Assembly: GCA_977017575.1 (NCBI GenBank)
Contig: CDRNVI010000137.1
Location: 1-64,000, forward strand
DNA from: Paramoeba atlantica
Taxonomy: Eukaryota > Protista > Discosea
Length of the DNA: 64,000 bases
Direction of reading: 5' to 3'
Position 1 is the stretch's first letter, and every line of letters begins with the position of its first letter. The translations under genes and the position numbers were made by a program. Below, in pieces: positions 12,600-23,188 of this stretch. The notes beneath the pieces are model-generated. The model made no database searches and was not told the DNA's origin. It was given only the letters and a program-made list of their open reading frames with translations.

Positions 12600-13560
12600 T
12601 GATGTAAGCTCATAAAGAAAACACTGATCACAGTAGTCTTCAGTGTCTTTGGCTGAACATTGGAAAACTTTTGAAAGTGAAAGGAATTGGCCAGAGACAC
12701 AAGACTTGGTCCTCCCTCATCTCAACTTATGGCAACATATAGCTTTTGAAATGTTCTCAAGTAATTGCATGAACCTGGTCCAGTGGTTTGCTCAATCTGA
12801 CCAAACCCCTCCACCACCTAAAAGGAAAAGAGAAGAGGAAATCAACCTTCAAGCAGCAAAGAAGCAAATGCTGACACAACTCAATGAAATGATTGAGAAT
12901 TGTAAGGACCTTGATGAACTCAAAAGAAAATTGGACAAACAAAAATGATCCAACTGTTACTGTTCATCATGAGCAAGATGACAGTTTCACTCTCATCGTT
13001 GGAGATCTGGAAAGAGATTTATTTTGAAACTTTGCTCCCCTGCTCAAACCAGACAAGAGTCATCAGAAAACATGAGCCAACTTGCTCCCTCAACAAACAG
13101 TCATCATTTTGGGTCTGAGGTGTTGCATGGATCAACTTGTTCTCCAGTGTGCACTCCAAGAGCCCACATCACTCAAGGCTTCAGCATTCGCCAAAACACT
13201 GAGTATGCAATTGATAGGTCAACTTTGTATAAGACATTTGTTAATGCATCAATGGGTCACTTTCAATTTCAGTCTCAAACACCAGGCCACTCAAGTGGTG
13301 ATGCTCTCACTGAACCTTATCTGGAATGGAGGAGGATGTTGAGTGCACACACCCATGCCAAAACCAAATGTAGGGCACAAAAGAGTCACCCAAAAGATTA
13401 ATACTTTATCTGAGCAAGACTTAGTTTGAATAACTGATGAACAAACTCCTAAGGAGAGGGGTAAGGACAAGCAGAGATATTGGAGAGGAGACAAAGCAAT
13501 AGACCTGAATTGAACAAATGGCTGATTCATTTTGTAAACAAATGAGAAATCTTCTCTTGA
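12600..13560 (+). pseudogene. Unidentified CpG-depleted coding-like remnant, probably TE-derived
   Basis: Broken ORFs 12643-12948 and 13024-13401 with non-low-complexity composition and almost no CpG. No family motif recognised with confidence. Confidence 0.3.
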
Positions 13561-13567
13561 ATGGAAG

Positions 13568-13797
13568 TGAACGACCTCCTGACTCCACACCAGACACACA
13601 GTCACTCTGACACACAGAGAACAATGGACTCAAGAATGGTCTTCAAGCGCTTTTTTTATTCTGAAACTCCCAAGTGAGTTTCTTTCTCTTTCTCTTCTTC
13701 AGCTAATATCTGAACTCTACAAGTTCATAATTCTTCTCCTTCTTGAGCTTCATCTTTCACTGAATTCCCCTGGGGCTAAACTAGCACCCTGTGCACA
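13568..13797 (-). repeat. 3' LTR (230 bp)
   Basis: Matches 17664-17893 base for base by eye; begins TGTGCACA and ends GTTCA on the minus strand; preceded by the PPT at 13798-13805. Confidence 0.9.
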
Positions 13798-13827
13798 TCC
13801 CCCCTCAGTGTTTTTGAAACAAAAACA

Positions 13828-16800
13828 CTACCCGCGAGCAGCCTTAGGGAGATTCTTCTTAATTCTTCTTCCTGTACTCGAAAACCTCTCTGGTTCCTCT
13901 TCTGATTCTTCTTCTTTCTCTTCCTCTTTCTTCTTTCTTGGTTCCTTCTTCTCTTGTTTCTTGTCTTTCTTTTTCCAATAATCTTCGATCACCTTGTACG
14001 AGTGGAAGGAACTCACAGCTTCCCACAACTCCTCCGCATTTTTCCACTTCACTAAATATTCTTGTCCATCCTCACCCATCCGATCGTCAACCACTTTTAA
14101 AATCTCCAGTATTTTCCCTTCTCCTTCCTCCAAATCTCCTTGGATCTCTTTTAATCTCGCTGCAGGTACTTCATTTTTCAACAAGGCGCATGTTGCATCG
14201 ATCAAATTGTATCCTTTTGTTGCCTGATTGTACCCCACCACTTTGAACGGTCCTTCCCAGCGCTGATCACTCTTTGCGCCTCTTACATCTACCATCTTCA
14301 TAACCTTGGTTCCTGCCTCCCAAATTTTCTCTTTCTTGGCCTTATTTTTCCTCTCTGAATATTTCCTTCCTGCTTCCTTGGAACGTCCAAAAATGGCTGG
14401 ATACACCGCATCGATCATCTTCTTATTTTGTTCAATTAAATCTTCTTCTGACACTTCTTGTAACTCTATACTCTGATAATCCTCGAACTTGTTCAACTTC
14501 CTTGCAACCATCAAGGCAAATGGACTCGACATATGTCTCCCCACAATCCGATCATTTAAGGACATTTGGACCACTGGCAACATTTTCGCCCAATTCTCCT
14601 GGTAGCCTTTCAGCAGCTTGAACAATAATCGTTTTGTTTCTCCCACATAGCGTTCTGCTGCTCCATTCTGGTTTGGGAAATAAGTCAAAACAGCTCTTGC
14701 CACAAACTCAGCTGCCTTGCGGAACTCTTCTACAACATCATTCAAAAAGGAAGGGTCATTGTCCATTTGCAACACCTTGGGGATTCCAAAGTTAGCGAAA
14801 ATATTCAATAGAACCCATGCTACTTGCACTGCTTCTTTTGACACTAGGGGTCGCAAAAGCACAAACCGCATAGCCACATCAATCACTAATAGGATTACAG
14901 TGAAGCCATCTGAAGATACTTTCAAAATAATCAGATCCATTGCAATGTGATTGAACGGAAGTTTTGACAAAACCGGGGTGATGGGGTGAAATCCCACTTT
15001 CCCAACATTGTACATCAAACATTCTAGGCACCCTTTCGCTACTTTGTCGCACAGGGTCCTCAATCCATCCCAATAAAATCCGTCTCTCACCATAGCTTCA
15101 AATAGCCCGAGTTCTCCAATATGATTCTCTTTGTGTTTCGCTTTTATTAAGGCCAGTTTGTCTTCTTCTGCAGGTTCCTTCTTTCCCAAAATATCTTTCA
15201 TCAACTTTTTCATTTTTTTTCCAATCCCTGTGGAAGGGACCTCATCTACCACCAGCTCATGTGAATCAAAAACACACTTAACTCCTGCCATATCTCTAAC
15301 TGGTTCCCCAAAAATCCGAAAGAGAGAGTCAGGTAGCACATGGTTCATTCCCTTGCAATGTATCACATAGAAATTGAAATTCAACAGGAAGTGCAGCTAA
15401 TCTAAGATCATAAAGTTCTTCAATTGGTTCAAATACTCTAATGCTTTATGATCCGTCTCAATACAAAACCTCCTCCCCAACAGCTGGTGCCTCCACCTTT
15501 TGAGAGCGAATATAATCGCCAAGAGTTCTCGCTTTACTGCTGGGTAGTTCTTTTGGCCACCTTTCAATGAACCCTTGGGAGCTGCTACTAGAGGGGTGTT
15601 CCAGAGATTTTGCACTGAGGACACATCCTCCAGAGGAACTATCCACCCTTTTTCCAACCATTCAGTAACTCTCTGTTGAACTTTGCCACTTAATCTTTCT
15701 GGGATCGGGTACTGTCGTGTAAAAACCGGCTTTGGATCGAGCAATGAAATTGAAAAATGCGAATTCCTGATATTACAACAAGTCCCATCAGGCAATCTCT
15801 GATTCTCTTCACGAACTTCTTTAATCCCTCTCATTATTTTCTCAACTTCTTTCTCAGGCAGGCGTGTCTCTTCAGATGGCCCACTCCATCCCTCTTTGTC
15901 TGCTAAGTTAGTCTCATGGAACAACTTCTTCCTTTCTGGGAACACTGGTGGGATTCCTTCAATTTCAACACCAAGTTTCGCTCCATCAGCCGCACTCAAA
16001 AGTACTCGATCTTTCCCTAAACTAGGTAAAGTCCAAATCAAAATCTCAGCTTGGCCTTGGATTGTCAAAACTTTGACTTTCTTTGCTGTGTCTGTTTCTT
16101 GAACATGTCCAGAAATTCCTCGGACTCGAAAATTTCTCTTCACTAAATCTCCTTCTACACAGTCAAAAACAGAAGGGTCAGCAAGTGTTGCACTTGCTCC
16201 TGAGTCAAAGATCGCCCACACTTCCACGTCATTCCTCCCAAGAGAGATTGGAATCTTGGGGAGCCCATCCGTATCTTCTTCCGCCCCCAAACCAAAAAAT
16301 CCTTCTTCAGTTAAAGCTAAATAAGCTTCCTCATCCTCAAAATCAGATGTTGAAACATCAGTTCCAGGGACCCCCAGGTTTGATTCCTCTTCGGCAAGTC
16401 CAGCCAACCTCAGTTCGGCTTTCTTTTTTGGACACCCATTTGCATAGTGACCCTTTTCCCGACAAGAGAAACATCTTATCTTGGCCAAATCGCGTCCTCT
16501 CCTCTCTTGAGGCTCATCTCTGCGCAATTGCTGCCATGGACCTTTACCTTCCGCTCCACCCCCTCGAGCCCAACACTCTTTCTCAAGATGGCCAGGTTTC
16601 CCACAATTCCGGCAGTTTGTTGGTCTCCTTGGCTCTACAGGACCAGGGGCACGAAAATGGTTAAGCAGGGCTGAACCCTCCCTTGCAGCTCCAATATCAA
16701 TCAGATTAGTTACAGAGATTCGTGGCTCAAAAAGGTAGTCACTTCCACACAATAATTCCCAGAAGGGCTGATAACCTGGGAGAACTGCTTTTTCCAAAAG

Positions 16801-17625
16801 CTCCTTCGCCTCTCGAGAACGAGGATCTGTCCCTGAAGCTGCTACCAGCAGATTAAACTGATACCCAAACGCGTCGAGTCTCTCACTTGGCTTTTGCTGG
16901 AGACTTTTCAAAGCTTTCAAAATCACCAACTTCCACCTTGGACCTAGCAACTTTACTGGAACCAACGCGAGCAATTCACGGAATGGACGGTTTTCTCTCA
17001 TCTTTAGAAACCCACTGATCAAACTGGGTGTGGCTTCGAACAGATATCTCTTTCGATCAGGCTCTGGGACACATCGGTTCTCCATACAGGAATGGAAGCG
17101 AAAAACAAAATCGAGCAACTGGAAAATCGTGACTTTTTCTTGCAGTTTCGGCAAATCTTGGATTTGGGGCAGTCTTTTCTCGTCTTTTGGCTTTTGTTGT
17201 TTCTCTACCCCAATTACATCATAAGCCATCAAAGTACTTCTCAAGCTCGTCAACCTCCGGTTGACTAGTTCAACCCTCGCCCTTTCCGCGGCTGACAAAC
17301 TATCTTTCAACAAAAGAGCCGTATTCTCTTTTCGTAAAACTCGACATTTCTCTCAAAGGGCCTCAGCCTCCTCAAAATCTTCCTCTTTCTCTACAGATTT
17401 GGAGGACTTCTGTACCGTCGAACTCGTACCCAGCGAACTCGATAAACTTGATTGCTCTGGTTCCGAACCAATCGAAACCAATCCTTGATTCGAACACATC
17501 GAACTCGATCCTCGATTCGAACACATCGAATGTCTTTTCATGGATCCAAACTCCATACAAAACAAAACTTCTTCATCAAAAATTGACGACACATCATCAA
17601 GCAAATCAAATAATTCAAATAACAT
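13828..17625 (-). pseudogene. Single-frame gag-pol (Gag-PR-[RT deleted]-RH-IN-chromodomain), split by TGA at 17353 and TAG at 15397
   Basis: ORFs 17353-17625, 15397-17313 and 13828-15384 are all in one frame (EAL*EKCRV; ILD*LHFLL, where W is expected). Motifs: CRNCGKPGHLEKEC, CFSCREKGHYANGC, IFDSGA, NYPAVKRELLAI, ETDHKAL, IAMD / QMDND / NGAAE. Confidence 0.9.
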
Positions 17626-17663
17626 ACTCGACCAAATAAAAAAGGACTTTCAACCAAAAAAAG

Positions 17664-17893
17664 TGAACGACCTCCTGACTCCACACCAGACACACAGTCA
17701 CTCTGACACACAGAGAACAATGGACTCAAGAATGGTCTTCAAGCGCTTTTTTTATTCTGAAACTCCCAAGTGAGTTTCTTTCTCTTTCTCTTCTTCAGCT
17801 AATATCTGAACTCTACAAGTTCATAATTCTTCTCCTTCTTGAGCTTCATCTTTCACTGAATTCCCCTGGGGCTAAACTAGCACCCTGTGCACA
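17664..17893 (-). repeat. 5' LTR (230 bp)
   Basis: Direct repeat of 13568-13797; contains AATAAA on the minus strand. Confidence 0.9.
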
Positions 17894-19935
17894 AAACAAA
17901 AGAAAAGGGGAAGGAGGAAAGGGAAAAAAAGAAAAAGGAGGAAAAGAGGGGGAAAAACAAAAGAGAAGAAGAAAAAAGGTAAAAAAGGGAGAAAAAGGGG
18001 AAAGATAAGGAAGAAACAGGAAGAAAAGAAGAAAAAACCTCTGATTGAAAGCAGATCAATCAAAGAAAAGAACCCTTTTCAATGTAATTCCACTCTTTTC
18101 TGATAAGAATTGGAAAATGTGGAACACTTTTGTCTCTGTTCTAAAATAAAAGATTAAACAAAAGAAAAGGAAGGAAGAAAAAAAAAGAAAGAAAAAAAAA
18201 AGAGAAAAAACAAAAAAAAAAGAGAAGAAAAAAAAGAAAGAAAAAAAACAAGAAAAAAGAAGAAAAAAAAAGAAAAAAAAGAACCTTGTCTGGTGGGATC
18301 TCAAGTCTCCCTGACTCCCTAACTCCTCAACTCCTCTCTCTCTCTCTCTTTCTCTCTCTCAGCGAGAATTGAATCATCTTCTGGGATATTCCAATTCTTT
18401 GAGGGTCCCAAATCACTGAAAAATGTCAAAGAAGAAAAAAGAGTTGTTTGAACAAATCAAAAGGACTTTTTAATTTGTTCATAAAACTCCAAAACATCAC
18501 CACAAAATCCCTTCAATTATTCTGTCTTTCTTGTTTTTTGATTATATTGTCATCTAACAGAAAAAGAAAAAAGAAAAGAAAGAAAAATTAGTTTTCCAAT
18601 TAAAAAAAATAAAGAAAAACAAAGAAAAGAAAAAAAACACATCACAAAACACCCAACAAAATAAAGGTTTTTGATCTTAAGAAAAAGAGAACGAAAAAAG
18701 AAAGAAAAAGAAAAAGGAAAAAAGAAAAAAATACATTTGAACAAGATTCGTGAGTTGAGCAGTCATGTGAATGAATTCTTACTGAAATACCTACAAAGAG
18801 AAAAGAAAGAAAGAAGAAAGAAAGAAGAAAGAAAGAAAGAAGAGGGAAAGAAAGAAAGAAAGAAAGAAGAGGGAAAGAAAAGAAAAGAAATAAAAAAAAA
18901 AAAAATATTATGAAAGGGAGAGAGAAGAGAGAGAGAGAGAGAGCGGAGAGAGAGAGAGAGAGAAAGAGAGGGAGAGAAGAAAAAGAGAAAGAGAGAGAAA
19001 AGTGAGAGAGAAAAGAGAGAAAGAAAGAAAAGAAAAAAAATCATCTAATCAGAAGAAAAAAAAGAAAAAAAGAAAAAAAGAAAAAAAGAAAGAAAAAGAA
19101 AAAAGAAAAGAAAAACATTTGAAGAAGATCAGAGAGTCGTGCAAAATTAATTCAACAGGCATTGCCCACTGAGATAGTTGTCCACCAAAAGCCTTTTTTA
19201 ACAAATAATAGAGAGAAGAGAGAAAAGAGAGAAAAAGAAAAAGTGGAAGAGAAAGAGAAAGAGAAGAGGAGAGGAGAGAGAGAGGAGAGAAGGAGAGAAG
19301 GAGAGAAGGAGAGAAGAAGAGAAGGAGAGAATGAGAAAGAGAGAGAAGAAGAAGAAGAGAAGCAAACAGAGGCCACCCTCCTCTCCCATTCTCTCTCCCC
19401 CAAGAACCCCCTCCCCCCTTGAACACACACACACTCTCTCTCTCTGGAACCTTTTCGCTTCCTCCCTCTCCTCCCTCTCCTCTTCCCCTCCCTCTTTCAT
19501 GAGCCAACAAAAAAAAAAACCATCCAGACCCAAAATAGAGGTCCATCATTTCCTGTTTCAGTTTTTTTTTTTGTGGGTTTGTGGTTTTTTCTCCTTCTCT
19601 CTTTTTCTCTTTTTCTCAGTTATTTTTCTCTTTTCTTTTGGTGGTTGTATCTCTTTCTTTCTGTTTTTTCTTTCACATCCTTTTCTTTTCCTTTTTTACT
19701 TCTTTCTTCTTCAAGACCATCACTCTCTCTTTCCTTGATTTGTTTTTTTGTTTTCTGTTTTTTGTTTTCCATTTTATGTTTTTCCTTTCAGTCCTGCTCC
19801 TTTTATTTCAGATTAAAACAAGTTTTTTATTCTGAGAAAAGAGAGTTGAACTCTTTCTCTTCTCTCTTCTCTTTTTTTTTTTGTTGATTTTGGATAATTG
19901 GATTGATAAAAAGGAGAAAAAAAAGAAGAGAAAGT

Positions 19936-20041
19936 GTCTTCAGTCATACCCAGTTGAAAGCACCTGATCCCATCAGAACTGCTGTGGGCTTGGTTAGGAG
20001 AATGGTGGGTGACCACATTCGAATCCTGAGTGCTGAAGACC
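19936..20041 (+). pseudogene. 5S rRNA pseudogene (13-nt internal deletion, CpG transitions)
   Basis: Aligns to the intact 5S at 53602-53720; lacks CGGAAGTTAAGCA (box A region); followed by a T-run. Confidence 0.92.
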
Positions 20042-22224
20042 TTTTTTTTCTTTTTTTTCTTCTCTTTTTTTCTTCTCCTTCCCCCCTTCTTGCTCTTCCA
20101 TTTTTTGTTTTCCATTGTGATTGTGGGTATTTGTTATTTTGTTTCATATTCTCTGGGTTCAAATTTTCAGATTCACATCCAGAGAGGATGAAAAATCCAA
20201 ATGAAAAAAACACAAAAACATTGTCCTCCCAGATGAAATCTTCCAATCTCACGAACAAAAAGGAAAGAAAAGAGAGGAACCAAAAAAAGAATTACCCTCA
20301 AGAGAGGGAAAAGACAAAGGGAAAACAGCAGTGAGAAAAAAAGAAAACAAAAACAAGAAAAAAAAAAGGGAAAGACAAAAAGAAAGAAAAGAAAAAAGGA
20401 GAAAAAAAACAGATGGAGAAAAAAGAAAAAAAGAAAACCCAAGAAAAGAAAGAAAAAAAAGGAAAACTCAAAAAAAACAAAAAAGGGAGAAAAAGGAAAA
20501 GAGAAGAGAAGGAGGAAAAAACCTCTCTTCTTGATCAGCCAGAACACCCCTCTCCCCCCTCCCTCAAAACATCCCCCCCACCCCTCCTCAAAAAATTATG
20601 GTCATGACATTTGTGGTTGATTCTATCACCATCCCTTTTAACCCCCCCCCTCTCCCCCATTTACTCCCTCTCCCCCCATCACCCACCCCACAGAAAAAGG
20701 CAGTTGTTCAAGTCAGTTTGGAAGCTCCCTCAATGGAGGTCACATTGAGTGGAAAAGAGAATGAAAGAAAGGAAAAAAAAGAGAGGGAGGGGGAACTGAA
20801 GAGGTTGGAAGAAGAAAACTGAAGAGGGTGAAGAGGGAAGAAGAGTGAAGAAAAAACGAAAAAAAAAAACAACCAATTATCAAGCTGACAAAGAGCATCT
20901 TTTCACCCTTTCTCTTTCCCGAAAAATTAAGGAATCTAAATCAGCGGCTCAACGCTTTTTTGTTTTGTTTTGTGAAAAGGAGGAAGAGAGAAGAGAGAAG
21001 AGAGAGAGAAAGAAAGAGAGACTTTGTTCGGTAAAAGTTTGTGTTTGGGTTGTTGAATTCAAGGGATTTCCTCTTTTTCCTTTGGTTTTTTTTTTGACTT
21101 TTCATGGTTTGTTTCTTTTGTTTCTTTTGTTTCTTTTGTTTCTTTTGTTTTTCTTTCTTTCCTTTCCTTTTTTTTTGTCTTTTTGGATTTTTGTCTCAAC
21201 CTTCCAAAGATTGTTCTGAGGTTTTCTTTCTTTTTTTGTCATTTCAAACTTTTCAAACTGCTGTTTTTAAATTTTTCCTCTTTTTGAATGTATTTTGGTG
21301 ACCCCCCAAAAAATCATATTTGAAGTGGAGGAGGGAGAATGAATACAAGAAAGAGAAAAGAGAGAGAGAGAGAGGTGGGGGAAAAAAAAGGGATTGTTGC
21401 CTTTTCAAAAAGTAATTGCTAGATCCAATAAAAATCAATTTATTCAAATTTTAAAGAGCAAGTGAGTGGGTGATGTTCCTGCCTCCCCACTCCTCTTTTT
21501 TTGTTGTTTAAAATCAAATTGTTTTGTTGAGAGAAATAAGAATGAAAATTTTATTTGTGACCCCACAGAGTGGCACAAAGAACACACTGCTTTTGAAGTG
21601 TTTCAGTGAATCAACTCACAAAAGAAAGATTTATTTTTGAGAGAGTGAGTTGGTGTTTGCATTTTCGTTTTGGCTCTCACTCTCCCCTTCAAAATTGTGA
21701 GAATGGATGTTTACCCACTCAGCAAGCGCCTCCCATCTCAACCCTGACAACAGTACAATAAAATGTGAGAGTTTAAAGTTTCCATTCTGGAATAAAAGAC
21801 CTGGACTGGTGGGGTCATGAATGCCTTTTTGTGCCATGAAGATCTTTTTCTTTTTGGTGGGCCAAAGGAAGTTTCCAAACTTTGTTCTTGTCGTTTTCTT
21901 TTTCTCTCTTTGTCTTCTTTTCCTTCCTCATCCTTTTTTTCTTTTTCTTTTTTCTTTCCTTTTTCTTCTGCTTTCTTTTCCCTTCCTCCTGTTCCTCTTT
22001 CTCTTTCTCTTTTTCTTTTTCATCTTTCCCTTTCTCTTTCTCTTTCTCTTTTTCTTTCTCATCTTTCTTTTCATCTTTCTTTCCTTTTACTTCTGTTTTC
22101 TTTTTCCATTCTCTTCCTGTTTTTTTTTTCTCTTTGAAACCACGGGGGATGTGATAAGGATTGGTCGCTTGTCGTTGTGCCTTGGGACGTCTTCAAAGAA
22201 TCCTTTCTTGATCCCATCCCAATC

Positions 22225-22665
22225 CTAATCAAATCTGATTTTCTGGTAAAGTGGCCAATCAGGAGGACAAGAAAAGCGAGCAAGTTTCTTCTTTCGATTC
22301 GTAATCCACTTCGGCGGAGAATTCAGATGATTTGTGAGAAGAAAGAGACTCAACAATAATGCAGCAACATGCTTACATTTATTGTGAGTGTTTCGCCCAC
22401 CTTGGCAAGGACAAGATGATGAAAGTATTCCAGAAGGAGTAAGCGAAGTTCGAACCAGATAGTTCTTGTTGGCAGTTTTCTCAGCATGAACAAACCCCTT
22501 CTCATAAATATCCCACTGGTTCGGAGTTTCTTGGAGGAACTGAAGTTTCCTCACATCCCCACAAGCTATTATATCTTTTCCTTTTCGAAAATTTTGAGAA
22601 CCACTCACGAAAAGAGCAACAGAATCCTCAGAAAAGTCGGAAGGCAAACGAGGAATGAAGGCCAT
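22225..22665 (-). CDS. SWIM zinc-finger-containing ORF fragment, probably part of a decayed element or gene spanning ~21560-25330
   Basis: SSCPCQGGRNTHNKCKHVAALL fits CxC-x(n)-CxH, preceded by the NYLVRTSL strand. Flanks are broken by stops and frameshifts. Confidence 0.7.
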   Translation of the reverse strand: MAFIPRLPSDFSEDSVALFVSGSQNFRKGKDIIACGDVRKLQFLQETPNQWDIYEKGFVHAEKTANKNYLVRTSLTPSGILSSSCPCQGGRNTHNKCKHVAALLLSLFLLTNHLNSPPKWITNRKKKLARFSCPPDWPLYQKIRFD

Positions 22666-23188
22666 TCACAAAACACAAAAAAGAACGTTTTCTGCGCTAT
22701 TCCAAATTTGGGACCATTTAAATTGGCTGGTTTGGAAACTCCCCATTTGGGAGGAATTTATTCTGGGGATGAAGGTCTGTTCGACTGAAAACCATCATCA
22801 TGTCATTCACCAAATGAGGAAGACCACATTTTTCTCTGTTTTTTTGGTCTCCTGTTCTCCTGCTGCTATTCCTGCCTTCACCATCAACTTGACAAGATGG
22901 TAGGTCACTTGTTCATCCTTCTTCTCCTTGTAGAAACTCGAGATCTTCAGCAGTAAGAAAGCAGGAATGATCACTTCCAATCTTAACTTCATCACAAGTC
23001 ATCGATATTTCTCATCTTGTATTCAATCCTTAAGTGTTGCAACCTTGGCTGTCAATTGTTTTTGTTGAAGATGGAGTATGCTTGCTCTGAGTTCCACCAT
23101 TACATGATGTTGAACCTGCAAAAATTGAAAAAAGAAAGTGGATGAAGTATTGTTTTGCTTGTGTTTTTATTGACTTGTACTTTTCACT

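Larger units (their letters stand above)
13568..17893 (-). mobile_element. Ty3/Gypsy chromovirus-type LTR retrotransposon, RT-deleted, with two in-frame stops
   Basis: Two apparently identical 230-bp TG...CA repeats; PPT GAGGGGGA before the 3' LTR; gag with two CCHC knuckles, protease DSGA, RNase H C-part, integrase HHCC and D-D(35)E, chromodomain YLVKW..W. Confidence 0.95.

Noticed and set aside
12640-13560. Possible second DIRS RNase H/MTase fragment (TPGHSSGDALT..EW)
   Set aside because: The motif resemblance is too weak after heavy decay; left unassigned.
17900-21500. Numerous F/S/L- or K/E/R-rich ORFs (also 8200-9500 and 48200-51700)
   Set aside because: Translation artefacts of polypurine/polypyrimidine low-complexity tracts.
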